Shown here: positions 26,060 through 40,639 of the stretch, in pieces
Layout: every line of letters begins with the position of its first letter
How positions within the stretch are numbered: position 1 is the stretch's first letter
Source: Octopus sinensis
Lineage: Eukaryota
Direction of reading: 5' to 3'
NCBI RefSeq assembly: GCF_006345805.1
Contig: NC_043005.1
Span: 24,118,001 to 24,182,000, forward strand
DNA: 64,000 nucleotides
The notes under the pieces: model-generated
Database searches by the model: none
What the model was told of the DNA's origin: nothing
The model's input: only the letters and a program-made list of their open reading frames with translations
Made by a program: the position numbers and the translations under genes

Positions 26060-28522
26060 CACACACACACACACACATCCTGCCTTATATATATATATAT
26101 ATATATTTACAACGGTCTCCCAAATCCACTCACAGGGTTTTGGTCGACCCGAAACTATCGTAGGGGACACTTTCCCAAGGCGCCACACAGTGGGACTTGA
26201 ACCCGGAACTGTGTGGCTGGGAAGCAAGCTTCTTAGTATGTGGGTAAATTATTCTGGCTCTTTACGTTCTGAGTTGAAATTCCGTCGGGATTAAATTTGC
26301 CATTCACCTTCTTCGAGATCGACAAAATAAAGTATTGAAGTATTGAAGTCAATCGAATCGATCCTATCCTTCTCTTCAGAATTGCTGGTCTTCTGACTAA
26401 TTTATAAGCAAATATTCTATTGGTGCGGTATAAAGTATAGAAATTGTGCACAGATACTCCAGAATTAACATAAATATTCTATAGGCTTAATGAATAACAT
26501 AAAATAAATAATATAAGAAAAACACTAACAATATATAACGGCTAACATTTTATGACAATTTATTGCATTCAGGTGTCTTTATAATTATTTCAAGAAATAT
26601 GTTTATGAATATATAAATGTTAGATGGAAAATTAAATAGATTCACAAAAAGGTTTATCTCAATTTCTCTTCAGAATCTTTTTCATCCTTGTACTTTCTAT
26701 TAGTTTTATTTTATTTTATATTTTCATTTCTTGCTATCGAATAGAAATAGAAAGCGATAAATAAAAGCCTTCACTAACAAATATTTATTTAATATATTCT
26801 AAAACAACGAAGATTTACAATAAAAAAGAAACAAAAACAGAATTCAAAATTTAATGTTTACGTTTCACAGTTACAGTTAAACGTTTTTGAATCTTGGGTG
26901 TAGTGTATGGCGATTATCTACAGTAGTAGTAGTAGTGGTGGTGGTGGTGGTTATGGTACTTGTGGTGGAGTGGTTTTGGTGGTGGTGGTGGTGGTGGTAG
27001 CATTGGTGGTAGTAGAAGTAGTGCTAGTAGCAGTAGTTGCAGCAGCAGCAGCGGTAGCGGTAGCAGCTACAGTGATGGAAAGAGGTGAAGTCTCCGATCG
27101 ACGATGAAAACTTACGAACAGATTTCTTATTATTTTCTTCGTGTTCTTCGTTTTGTGAAGATAATTCTGAACAAATCCCTCATCCTGATAATCATTGCGC
27201 TCGTGACACTTACTGCTCAGAGGCCAATACAAGTTCGAAGGACGAGAGAATGTGACTAGCTCTGTGCAAGCTAAAACTACTATAAAACAGACTCCTGCTG
27301 TCGTTGTGGGCTAATTTATCGAGCACTTAAAGGCTAAGAGAATAAAACCCTACAGAATAACCGGAGGGTGGGTAGATAAGGTAAATAAGTACGGTTATAA
27401 TTAAACAATATTTGGTATCCATTGCTATTCCAAGGACAATGCGATTGTATTGAATTGTCTTCGTAGCACATTCATGAGTAGAGAAGTGTTATGTGTACTA
27501 TGTGTACTTTGTACTTGGGGGGTGGAGAATTCCTTTAGGAGGCAGCCCAGGTATGGCTGACGTGGTTAAGTTATTGTAACTACAACGCCATCAATGAACG
27601 CCAGAAAAGGTGACGAACCATTTGCTTTGACAAGTATTTAAACCATTGCCCAGATGTGAGCAAGCAGACCAAACATCAAAGACAATCAAACCACGACCAA
27701 TCTGTCCTTCCAAATACATTTTAGAACTAAAGTAACTGTAAAGGTTTTTTGTTTATTTCTTTTAAACGGCTCAGTGTGATTTTGAAAGAAATCCCACTGC
27801 TATATCTAGCAAGTTGAGTCACCACATAGGGTCTGCAACAAATGACTTTCTTTTGTCCACTAACAAAATAAAAACAAGTGTTTCGAAATGTGACACTGAT
27901 ATTGTTATGTCTCCACTTAATTCCCACTCAACTCGTCGCCAAAAATATAACTTTAGTTTACCATCACAGGAAACCATAACAAGTATGTTGATGTTTAACT
28001 AGACCGATCTCTAGTGCGATATCAGTTGTATCAATGAAAACCACTTGTGTCGTTATAATAATAACATAAGCAATGACGTCAGTTGCTGTTCTTATCTCAC
28101 GTCTCTGTTGGCACAGTTTCCAGTGCTTTCAGGCATGAATGTTTTAAAGCATTTTATAACACTTTACATTTTCAACTCTCTTCAAGTCAGCCCCAAATCA
28201 ACTTTGAATTTTATTGCACTCGCATCATATTAGTGAAGAGTTTTATATGCGACTATATACTTCTCTGTAAATTGAAACACTAGCATTTATATTAAAAATT
28301 ATTAAAAATAAATTATTTCCAATGTAGCCATAAAACCCAAACGTTTTCAAGGCTGAGAGGTTATTCGATACTAAGGGGCTCACTACATGCTTGGTACATT
28401 ATTTTATCAGGCTTGGAAGCATGAAAGGCAAAGTTGGATTTATACACAGAATGAATGAATGGTAAAGCTGGATTAAAACACAGAACGTACAGAACCAGAA
28501 GTCATTAATAATGATGATGATG

Positions 28523-28587
<65 letters not shown>

Positions 28588-28619
28588 TAAAAAAATAAAA
28601 ATAATAATAATAATAGTAA

Positions 28620-29315
28620 TAGTAAAAGTAATAAGTATCTCAACAGGCATGATAGAGCTGCACAATATATTCACTGGGTAATTTGCAAAAGCCTGGACTT
28701 GCCCAAGCATAAAATACTGGTGGAAACACAAACCAACTCCAGTGCTTGAAAATGATCACATCTCACTCCTCTGGAACATCACCATTCAAACTGACAGAAA
28801 GATAGACGCGAATAGGCCAGACATCATAGTAAAAGACGTCAAACAAAAAACATGCCTCATTGATATGACTGTCCCAATCGATATAAACGTATCTGTCAAG
28901 ACCTACCAAAAACTGGGCAAGTATAAAGATCTTGAAATAGAAATGAGTAAAATGTGGAACCTGAAGACTAAAGCAATACCTGTTCTCATAGGTGCCCTGG
29001 AAATGATAGCAAAAGGGGATGATTGCTACCTAACTCAGATACCAGGAAACCCCAAAATGGCAGAAATTCAAAGGATAGTGCTCATGGGAACTGCTCATAT
29101 CCTACGCCAAATACTTTCTATGTAATCTCAAGTTTTAAAACAAACATAATTTTCGTATGATTTTCTAGGCATTCGCTAGTACAACACTAAGTACACAACC
29201 AATTATATGGCACCTTAGGCATAACATCAACACGAACTTCCAACTTGTTGTCTCTTGAGGTATCTGGGTGAGACTTGGAGCCAGCTTGTGCAAATGTAAA
29301 GCAAATGTCAAACAT
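28620..29315 (+). mobile_element. R4/Dong-like LINE 3' fragment (restriction-like endonuclease)
   Basis: RHD...HWVICK...LWNITIQTDRKIDANRPDIIV...IDMTVP...KYKDL...IPVLIGAL...LMGTAHILR; (TAA)n on both sides. Confidence 0.9.
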
Positions 29316-29338
29316 AGAATAATAATAATAATAATAAT

Positions 29339-29377
<39 letters not shown>

Positions 29378-29439
29378 TATAATGATAATAATAATAATAA
29401 TAATAATAATAATATAATATAATAATAATAATAATAATA

Positions 29440-29840
29440 GTTGTCAGAGATCATGAAGAAAAAAAATGCTTTCTAATTGATGTATCAATACCGGCAGATG
29501 ACAACATGTCTCTAAAAGAAATGGAGAAACTTTCAAAATACAAAGACCTGGAAATAGAGGTAACCAGAATGTGGAATCTAAAAACAGAAACAACTCCTGT
29601 CATAGTAGGTGCATTAGGCATGATAAAAAAATATTCAAACAAATACATAACAAAAACACCAGAACTTACAAACACATATATCATACAGAAAATCGCACTA
29701 CTAGGCACTGCACACATCCTACGCAGAACACTTTCCATACAATAACCATCAGAGCATCACAACAAATCACAGCACATACCCAAGGCACACAGAGCTGCGC
29801 TCGGTAGTGAAGTGAAAGCACGCTATAAAAAATAAAACTA

Positions 29841-29845
<5 letters not shown>
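29440..29845 (+). mobile_element. R4/Dong-like LINE 3' fragment
   Basis: LIDVSIP..DNMSLKEMEKLSKYKDLEIEV...PVIVGALG...ALLGTAHILRRTL; flanked by (TAA)n. Confidence 0.9.
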
Positions 29846-29899
<54 letters not shown>

Positions 29900-30469
29900 T
29901 AATAATAACAAGAGCACTCAGAGAACGCAAAACTCCGCAAAGGAAACACCAACGTCCTCTCAACAATTACACAGAGAGGATTTTTTGAAATGAGAATATC
30001 TGAAATAAACTAGATTGCACTCACAAAAGAGAATACTAAAAATGAACCTGACCGCTCTCAAAACTTAAGTAAAAAGTAGGAAAAATAATCCAGAATCCTT
30101 GTCCGGTACCTGATGAATACTAAAATTTAATCAGTTCATGCCAGTCGCGAGGCAAATCACCCCTGAAAGTTTCATCGGAATCCTTCCAGCGATTCTTGAG
30201 ATATCTTGTCCACGGATAAACAAACAAACGCGATTGAAAACAATACCTTCACTTTCGCTAAGGCGGAGGAAATAATAATAATAATAACAACAACAACAAC
30301 AACAATAATAATAATAATAATAATATGGATCATCGAGTGTTTAGATCTGTTTGGAATTGCGAGGAATGTAACGTGTTTCCTGAAGAGTTATTAACAATAA
30401 TTTTTAGAAAGAACGAATATGTAAAGAAGGTGTATAGCATGGAATTTTATTTAAAATTTGACATAGGCA

Positions 30470-31072
30470 TCAGCATTCACCACCAGCTTCTCAAACCACC
30501 TGGGAACCACATCAACTGATTTCATCAGGAAGTCTTGTAGAATGAAAGACATAACTTCTCGTATTCACTCTTCAAGTTCTTCCAAAGTCATTGGTTTGGT
30601 AGAGAAGACCTCCTCCTTTAACCAAGCCCAAAGAAAACAGTCGCAGGGTGTTAAATCAGGGCTTCTGGGCAGCCAGTCATGCGGACCTTGATGAATTGGA
30701 AGAACGACCATTTCAAGTATCAGCTACAAATCCTGTAGTCATGAATTTTGCATGGCAATTCTTGATTATCTTTGCATCAACTTGAGCATGTCTTTCTCTA
30801 ATGGTCCTCCACCTTCTTTGTGCTTGAACAACTGATCTCCAAACTTCTTAATATGCAGCTAGCTGGGCACGCTCATGCACAGTAAAATATCCAGCCATGT
30901 TTGTAGGGCTTCTAAAGTTCAAACAAAATAATCAATCTGAAAAAAATCCAACATGGAATCAATTCCCATACATTAAAGAAAATACACAACAAATTTGAGA
31001 AAAAAATTATAGTTAATAAATAAAGTATAAGCATTTTAAAATGGGGAGTTACTATCCAATCGCCCTGTATAT
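30470..31072 (-). mobile_element. Internally deleted Tc1/mariner-superfamily remnant
   Basis: WLPRSPDLTPCDCFLWAWLKEEVFSTKPMTLEELE joined to an N-terminal KFMTTGFVAD; TATACAGGGCGATTGG terminus at about 31072. Confidence 0.75.
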
Positions 31073-31253
31073 GTATCGTTAAAATTTACAGAAAATCAAA
31101 CGGCGAAGACTGATGTATAAACAACAAGCAGGTATATTACGTTTCGAGCCTACGGTCTTCAACAGAAAAGGAACACGAAATAAACAGAGAAAAAAAACAG
31201 AGAGGGAATAAAAAAATTTTGTTAGCGATCAATAATATATATAATCGTATATA

Positions 31254-31306
<53 letters not shown>

Positions 31307-31321
31307 ATTATATATATATAC

Positions 31322-31412
<91 letters not shown>

Positions 31413-31415
31413 ACG

Positions 31416-31447
<32 letters not shown>

Positions 31448-31501
31448 TTCGAGTTTTTTTTTTCAAACAGCAAGGTTGCATTCAGCTTGTTTTATATCAT
31501 A

Positions 31502-32461
31502 CTAACAGCATAGCCCGGCGTTGCCCGGGTATGTAACAGCCCCTAGTAGGCAACGACTAATCCCAATCTAGTCCTTTCCCTCTAGGGAAGGAAGGCGCAT
31601 GTGTAGGTTGCAATGTCTTCTCTTCACACGAATACTTCTGTGTATACGATGTTCGTAGCTGTCCCTTTGGGCGGAAACATGAAAACATCATTGCGCCTCC
31701 CAATGCGTGAACAGCCCACGTAGAGTTGACCGTGGGCGAAGTACTGTTCGCCCAACTGTAACCCAGCGACTTGTAGCGTTTGGCCTTGGGATTTATTGAT
31801 GGGCATTGCGAAGCAGAGTTTAACAGGAAATTGAGAACGCCTGAAGTGGATTGGTAGGTCAGCGCCCGACGGTTGAAGGTGCATGCGTGGAATGAAGACG
31901 TCCTCTCCCTTCCCACAACCGGTAAGTATTGTGGCCGTTATTAAATGTGGTGGCAAATGTTTCACAACCAGACGTGTGCTGTTGTACTGTTTAGGTGGAA
32001 CCAAATTCCTGATGAGCATAATGGGCGCACCGACTTTTAACTTCAGGATGTGTGACGGCAGGCCTGGTGGTTCAAGTGAATTCAGGAATTCAACAGGATA
32101 ATCGGCAAGTTCGGCAGGGTCCGCTGTCCTATCAATAGATTTGTAGACATGGACATCACCAGGAATAGCTTCAAGTAGCTGGATATTGATAGAGTTGAGA
32201 GTTTAAAAGGTCGAGTTGCGTCCCCTAGACAGTCTGTGGTTTGTGTTTCTGATTCTCGACCCCATGTCGAATTTATCGATTTTTTTCAAAACTGGGAGAA
32301 CTTTCCAAAGTTTTCGCTGCGTTAGTTTTGAATTATGACATTGGGCTATGTGTGTGTCAAGTTTCATCAGAATCGGTTGAAAGCCGTGGTCAGGGTGAGG
32401 GTACAACCTGACAGATACACAGATACACAGACAGACAAACTGCCGTTTATATAGAGAGAGA
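31502..32461 (-). mobile_element. Helitron deletion derivative carrying a Pif1-like helicase C-terminus
   Basis: 5' TCTCTCTATATAAACGGC. ORF with FPVKLCFAMPINKSQGQTL...HGQLYVGCSR. 3' hairpin CCCGGGCAACGCCGGG followed by TTAG. Confidence 0.9.
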
Positions 32462-33799
32462 TTGTATGAAGTAAAAATGCCATTAATATTAAATGTGAAA
32501 TAAATGAGAAAAGTAAATAAATCAGAGCCATAATTCAATTGTATAAAATTAAGATTATCGAAAATATAAAATACCTTTTTAAACACATGACAAAATAAAT
32601 ATTTTAAAATATATACAAGCCTCTTATTTTAACTTCATATATATTTAAACATTTTGTATAAGAAAAACAAAAACACTATCTCCATACCTGCAAGAATAAA
32701 TTGAGAATGCAAGAAAAAATAAAGAAATAAAGCACAAGAAAATAAATAAAACTGTTTCATTTGCATTCATCTATGTTAGCTATTATATTTGTCTAGTTTA
32801 CATCTATCACCCGAAGGTGTTGTCTTTGGGTGAGACGTATAAACTATAAAACAAAAGAAACATGAAAATAGGCAAAAACAAAAGAGAACAGCTAGAACAA
32901 GTGATAGGTTAGTTTTCAAACAGAATAATATCCATCAATATTAATATGGTGTTATTTTATGTTCCATATATCTAATAAAATTTAGTAATATTCCCGCCTA
33001 TTTTGTAATAAACTTTGTCAATATCAAATATTATTCAAATATCAGACGACTGATATTTTTTTCTTGTTTTATTGCTCTTTTACTCTTTTACTCTTTTACT
33101 TGTTTCAGTCATTTGACTGTGGCCATGCTGGAGCACCGCTTTTAGTCGGGCAAATCGACCCCAAGACGTATTCTCTGTATGCTTAGTACTTATCCTATCG
33201 GTCTCTTTTGCCGAACCGCTAAGTTACGGGGACGTAAACACACCAGCATCGGTTGTCAAGCGATGTTGGGGGAAACAAACACAGACATATAAACATATAC
33301 ACACACATGCATATATATATATATATATATATATATACGTATATACGACGGGCTTCTTTCAGTTTCCGTCTACCAAATCAACTCATAAGGCTTTGGTCGG
33401 CCCGAGGCTATAGTAGAAGGTACTTATCCAAGGTGCTACGCAGTGGGACTGAAGCCGGAACCATGTGGTTCGTAAGCAAGCTACTTTATTCATAAAATAT
33501 GTCATATAGACAGTACAAGATTGGGTAGCTTTACGGGCTGGACAAACACATTAATGAATGAAAATGAAAGAAAATGAATAAATTGAGAGACGAAACCCAA
33601 CACCCGCCGATTGGAGTTTTCTCGAAAACATTTTCTTTTTTCAAAAATCAATATGAGGTTTCAAACCTCTTACATGAAGAAGGCACTAAAACATCTTACT
33701 TAACATGTTTTCTTTAAACACACAATTGAGGTTATAAACCACTACAAATAATACAATAAGATGAGGTTTCAAACCCTCTAACGCGGCTTTTTCACCTCC

Positions 33800-34760
33800 T
33801 ACTCATCGATATATCCATCATTATCTTCAATGCCGCTTGAGATCCTGTATCCCGCCATTTCCCATGCCTTACTCATGTAGGACATGTAAGTCGTGTAAAG
33901 GCCACCCGGCCATATGCGACTCTCCTCCCCAAATCCTTTAAGCCTTTCCCACAAAGGAAACCTTATGACCTCCTCAGCTATCTGCGGATGCCATTCGGGA
34001 TCCCGTGTGAAGGGCATATCTACTGTCTCTTTATGTTCTACTATTTTTCCACCTCCCCGCCCTTGTAGAAAAAGATAATTTATTTATCATCTTTAAGGGT
34101 GGGGGTCGTTTCTTCCACCGTGGGTGGCACAACTTCGGTACATGCAGACGGCATATCATCTCCCACCCGTGATGACTCGTTCTTCTTTCTTTTTTTTCTT
34201 TTCTTCCTGACTTCGGGAGATTGGAGCTCTTCCGCTTTGTCCGGAGTCTCTCCCCCACCCCCGAAGCCTTAGGGTCCTTCGGCGGGCAACAATAGTTGCC
34301 CGCCTTCTTCCTTTTTAATCCTTTCTGGATTGAGGAGGCTTCAGTCTCCTCAACCACATCCACCTCTCCCTTTGACAGGGTAGGGGAGGTGGCATCCAGT
34401 AAATATTCCAGCACCTTACCATGGTCCTGTGGGCAGTTCTTTTTAATGTGACCAGATTGGCGGTGCTAATGCCTCATCAGCCTCCGAGCTGTTGTTGCCC
34501 GTTCTGTTGTTATTTGCAAGGCTCTCTTGCGCTCTCCATCTTTCGAGACCATTGATGCAAAAAGCCTCAAGTGACATTTGTTCCCACATTATATAACAGT
34601 TGTTCTGCCGTTTTTCATTGCCTTTTTCTGAATACACGACGCGACAATTCTCCAGAATTACGTTGTGGTCTTCAGGCTTCTTAAGGACTTTTAATACCTT
34701 TCCAAACTGCATATTCTTTCTTATTAGTTCTACGCAAACCATCCGACCGTATTCTGCTAC
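33800..34760 (-). mobile_element. Decayed non-LTR ORF1/gag-like remnant
   Basis: A frameshifted C-Y-x-C-G-N-K-C-H-L-R-L-F-C (CCHC-like) at about 34555-34600, followed by a basic region (KRKSS..KKERR). Confidence 0.4.
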
Positions 34761-36277
34761 AAAGGTAAAAGATTCAATGTTGCTTTCAATGTTCTTGACT
34801 GTTACTTTTCTATTACTTTGACTTAAGGAATGAAATACAAGCCTTTGAGCGGTTGTGTAACCCGCTGTCTACCTACGACATTATACTTCACCTTCGTTTT
34901 TGAATACCAGGAAGATTATCTCTGATATTCTGCTGCGTTCCCTATAAATTACTTCCTTTATTACAATGAACAGAATCTCATTCAAAAGTTCTGGAAAATT
35001 CTGACTGTGGCGCAAACGTAGATTAATCTTTTCTTCTATTGTTACTGAAGCTGAAACTCAATTAAGGAAGCATGTGTTTTGGTTACATATTTGTCATATG
35101 ACCAGTAGACATGTCTTTCTGGTGGTACGTTGCCCATCTTTGCTTTTATCACCCTCTGACCAAAATAGTTCGGTATAAAGACCAGTACATAACACTTTAT
35201 AACCGTCACAGAACGCCTGCTGACCTCCTCTTCGATCGGAAATCTTCCTCTAATATACCGCACCATCTCTTGCAAGCAATGTAGGTTTAGGCTCTGATCT
35301 CTTCTAAGATATCGGAATTGTCGCTAATTAAATCACATCTAACATGACATAAACTAACAGAAAATTACAGTAACATAGCATAAAATACATGCGTCATAAC
35401 ATAAAAGTAAAGCTGTCTTGGATACAAAATGCTAAGCGGTATTTTCTTCCGACTCTTTATATTCTGATTTTAAATCTCGCCGAGGTCGACTTTCTCTTTC
35501 ATCCGCTCCGAGTCAATGAAATATAGTATCAATCATTAAGGCGGCAAGCTGGCAGAAACGTTAGCACGCCAGGCGAAGTGCCATTACGTTCTGAGTTCAA
35601 GTTCCGCCGAGGTCGACTTTGCCTTTCATCCTTACGCACTGGGGTTGATGTAATCGACTTAATACCTATGTCTGTCCTTGTTTGTCCCCTCTATATTTAG
35701 CCCCTTATGGGTAATAAAGAAATAGGTATTTCGTCTGTCTTTATGTTCTGAGTTCAAATTCTGCCGAGGTCGACTTTGCCTTTCATCCTTTCAGGGTCGA
35801 TTAAATAAGTACCAGTTACGCACTGGAGTCGATCTAATCGACGTAATCCCTTTGTGTGTCCTTGTTTGTCTATGTTTAGCCCCCTGAGGCCAATAAAGAA
35901 ATAAATATAGTACCAGTGAATAACTGGATTCGATATAAACGTCTAAACATCTACTCAGACTGCCAGAGTTATGCCAAAATTTGAACCAGATATTAGACAC
36001 TGATTTGATAAAAGAAGAATTTAAGTTCTAATTCTTTGCGCTGGTCATTCAGAGGATTTTCTTTTAATTTATTAAACAAAATGTTTGTTATTGAACCACT
36101 TGAGTTATTTGTATTAACTCATTTTATTATTACTAGGCGAAAATCTGAGTAAGGCATTTTCTCTAACTGAAAAATTTTGCCCATTGATCAGAGCAGCCTC
36201 GTTGAGAAGAATACGTTGTGCTGTCGAGGACCAATAAGACCGAAACAACTCCGTAGACTCATATTTGCTCGCAAATG

Positions 36278-37555
36278 TATTCGGTTGGCAACTAAGTTCC
36301 CACCGTTTTTTTAATTTTGGAATTTAATGCGTTTCTAAATTTTGGAATCTATCTTTTCGTTCGAGAATTCTATTTTTGAATTATTTTGGAATCTATTTAT
36401 CTTTTTTCTAGTCAATTTTAGTTAATTTTTGTTTATTTTCAGTTCATTAAAATGGAATGTCAAGTTAAGAAAAACGAACATTTTCGATACCTCCTTCTTT
36501 TTGCTTTTAATCAAGTTTAAGGCCGCAGAAGCTGCTCGCGATATTTGTGCTGTGTATGGAGAGAGTGTCATAGCTGAAAGAACCGCTCTGATTGGTATAC
36601 CAAGTTCAAAAATGGAAATTTTGCCCTCAAAGATGCACGTCGTTCTGGCCGTCCAGTTGAGTTCCATGAAAAGCGATTAAACCAACTTTTGCGAGAAAAT
36701 CCTCGTCAAATGACAAGGAAACTGGCAGAGCAAATGGAATGTATCCACACTGCTATAGAGAAACGTCTTCACTCGATGGGAAAGGTTCAGAAGTATGGAG
36801 CATGGGTTCCGCATGCTTTAAGTGACGACAAAAATGAACGAGCCACAATCTCCGCTGGTATGCTTGCTCGTCACCGCTCACCTTATGGACACAAGCAACG
36901 ATTTCTTTACCGAAAAATGGTGCCTGTACATCAATATGAAGCAGCATAAGGAATGACTTAGCCCCGGCAAACAAGCGACACCGCGCGTGAAACAAAATCT
37001 TCATCCGCGTAAAAAGATGTTGTGTGTATGGTGGGACTGGGAAGGGATTATCCATTACGAATTACTTGAACGGAACCAAGCAGTCAACGCGGAACTCTAT
37101 GTTCAGCAGATGGAACGACACAACAAGACTATTCAAGAGAAAAGACCTAATCGGCAGCATGGAGTTCTTCTGCTGCACGACAACGTTCACCCTCATATCA
37201 CCAATATGACCAAGGAAGCCACCCAAACGCTTGGCTGGGAAGTGCTTCAACACCCGCCGTACTCTCCTGATTTGGCAGCAACGGGTTTCCACCTCTTTCG
37301 ACCACTTTCAAATGCTATGCACGGAGTTTCGTTGAATACTGATGCAGAATTGAGAGCTTGGTTGGATGAATTTTTCGAGAAAAAATCGGGTGATTTCTAC
37401 CAACGAGGTATTGAAAATCTTGTTGAACGTTGGAAAGAAGTTGTAAATAATAAGAGCTAATACATTATTGATTAATTAGTTGTTGTTTTTTATTAAATCT
37501 TTCAAAAAATTTAAATTAAAAAAGAAACGGCGGGAACTTAGTTGTCAACCAAGTA
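36278..37555 (+). mobile_element. Full-length decayed mariner (about 1.28 kb)
   Basis: About 28-bp TIRs with TA ends. Transposase is split by frameshifts: WVPHAL, HPRKKMLCVWWDWEGIIHYELL, LLHDNVHPH, HPPYSPDLA motifs. Confidence 0.93.
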
Positions 37556-40500
37556 GTTTGGAAAATTAAATGTAAATTTATTTACTCTTTTACTTCTTTC
37601 AGTTATTTGACTGTGGCCATGTTGGAGCACCGCCTTTAGCCAAACAAATCGACCTCAGGACTTATTCTTTGTAAGCCTAGTACTTATTCTATCGAGCTCT
37701 TTTGCCGAACCACTAAAGTTACAGGGACGTAAACACACCAACATCGGTTGTCAAGCGTTGTTGGAGGGACAAACACACATACACACATATATATATATAC
37801 ACGTATATACGACGGGCTTCTTTCAGTTTCCATCTACCAGATCCACTCACAAGGCATTGGTCGGCCCGAGGCTATACTAGAAGACACTTGCGCAAGGTGC
37901 CACACAGTGGGACTGAACCCGGAACCATGTGGTTCGTAAGCAAGCTACTTACCACACAGCCACTCCTACGCCTGTTATTGAAGTTATTCCATTCTTTTTT
38001 GGGGCACTGCTAATAATTAGCACCGTTTTATATGTTTTCTTTCCACTATAAGCAGAAAGTCTGAAATTTTTAGGAAGGAAGCTAATCCCTTACAACGTCC
38101 CCTATGCTTAACTCATATTTATTTTATTAACACCGAAAGGAAGAAAAGCAAAATCTACCTCAGTGGAATCTGAACTCAGAACCGCTAAGCTTTTTCTCCG
38201 GTATGCTGACAATTCTTTTTGAGATTTCTTTGAGTAAAACATTCATAAATCATTAATACTAGGGATGAAAAAGTTATCTCATGTAAACACATGAACAAAT
38301 TCCTATTTATCAATCTTAAATAATTCTTCACTTCCTCTTGTTTAGATTAGTTTTTGGTGTATTTTAAAAATATTTCTATAAATTATCTTTTGCTATGGAA
38401 TACAATTACTCGTCACATCCACCTTACATCACTATATCTTACACGATCTTGGTATTTTATTTATTTAACATTTCCTTCAAACAGTTGCATGACCCACCGT
38501 ATATTAGGCTAACCCTTTATCTACATTACATTTTTATATAAATTCGTGACTTTTGCCAACTTGGGATGTATTCATTGTTTACCTTAGTGTATTAAATGTC
38601 TCCGAACAGAAAAGTAGCATCCAAATTAGTATATTTAACAGAAGTGAGGTGAAAAGATAAGGACTATAACAATATAATTGTTGAATCGATAATATCATGG
38701 CAACCACATAATGTGTCCTTTTCTGCCATTGGTAATTGGTAGAACTTAAAATGTTAAATATTGTCTTCATTCAACCTCTTCGACTCCGCCAAGACAAAAA
38801 AATTATTGAGAATGTTGCATGGCTGTAAGGTTTCAGTTCCCGTCCGTGGGAACTTATGTAAGTGTGATCTCCATTGTAGCCCGTGCCGACAAATGCCCTG
38901 TGAGTAAATTTGTTACACGGAAACTGCGGGGAAGCTCATTATATATATTTTCATTCTTTTATTTGTTTCGGTCATTTGACTGCGACGACGCTGGGGCATC
39001 TCCTTGAAGATTTCCTTTTTAGTGGAACAAATCGATATTAGGACTTAATTCTTAAGCATAGTACGTATTCTATCGGTTCCTTTTGCCGAACAACTAGGTT
39101 ACGACAACGTAAATTTTAATAAAAATGGGTGTATGGAAAATTAAAAAAGAAAAAATAATAAATCAAACCGGTTTTCATTGCAAGGCAAATTTTCAATATT
39201 TGGAAGGGGAAAAGAATTTTTTTTAAAATTGAGGAAGAGGAAAAAAAATTTACAATGTTTGTTTCAAAAAAATGATAATACATATGTACAAAAATTGATA
39301 AATAAGTATACCAATACCTTGTAGAGACATCATGCTTTTAGAGTTCAATAATAGTCCTTGGACAAACTTCTTTGGAGGATTAGGATGCATGTACTTAAAT
39401 GTAGTGTTTCACTTTAAAAGGTTTGGGTGAATGTGTGTCAAAACAGGAAATGGGATAGGAGTAACAGATTTTGTTGAATTTTTTGCTGCTTTAAACAAAG
39501 CATATTACTCTACCACTGGTATTTGAGTACTCTTTTTTTCCACCTTGTTTCACATTTATGTGTTTACTCCGGTATATATATATATATTATATATATTATA
39601 TATATTATATATATATATATATATATATGCATACATACACACACACACACACATATATATGTGGTTAGGCAGCGAACTCGTGTCGTAGGATCGCGGTTTC
39701 GATTGCCAGACCGGGCGTTGTGAGGGTTTATTGCGCGAAAACACCTATAGCTCCACGGGGCTGCGGCAGGGGGTGGTGGCGATCCCTGCTGTACTCTTTC
39801 GCCACAACTTTCTCTCACTCTTTCTTCTGTCACCCTGCTCGCTTAGACAGCGGGGTGGCGTCATTTGAAGGCTAAAACAATGCGAAGCGCATTGTGACCA
39901 GCGATGTGTAGCAACATCTGATAGCTTGTCGGTCACGGTGATCACGGTGATATATATATATGTATATATGTTTGTGTGGGGGAATAGCTAGACAGCCGAC
40001 AACTGATGAATACTTGTCCTGTTTTCCATTATTTTCTCTCGTTATTTGCGTATTCAACTCAATTGTTTTGGTATTTCATGTTGTTTACTGTTGGTGACGT
40101 CCAGTAGGCATATATGCATATATACATATATATATCGGTTACGACGACGAGCGTTCCAGTTGATCCGATCAACGGAACAGCCTACTAGTGAAATTAACGT
40201 ATAAGTGGCTGAGCACTCCTCAGACACGTGTACTCTTAACGTAGTTCTCAAGGATATTCAGCGTGACACAGAGTACAACAGAAACAGGAAGAAAGAATGA
40301 GAGAAAGTCGTAGTGAAAGAGTGCAGTAGGGTTCGCCCCCACCCCCACCCCCAGCCGTAGCTCCGTGGAACTTTATGTGTTTTCGCTCAATAAACATTCA
40401 CAACGACCGGTCTGGGAATCGAAGCCGCGATCCTACGACCGCGAGCCCCTGCTCTAACCACTGGGCCATTGGGCCTCCACACACACACATACATACACAC

Positions 40501-40639
40501 ACACGTGTGTGTTTATGTGTATAAGTAACCTAGTGCGTGCAATTTGTTAGGTGATGCTTGTTTCGTATATTTGTGTGTGCCTATAGTACGTGTGTGAGGC
40601 TAACGTTTATGTGTGTGCGTGTGCAAACGCTTGTATGTA

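Noticed and set aside
26907-27107. Mucin-like or poly-Val ORFs
   Set aside because: They are trinucleotide microsatellite mixtures (GTG/GTA/GCA).
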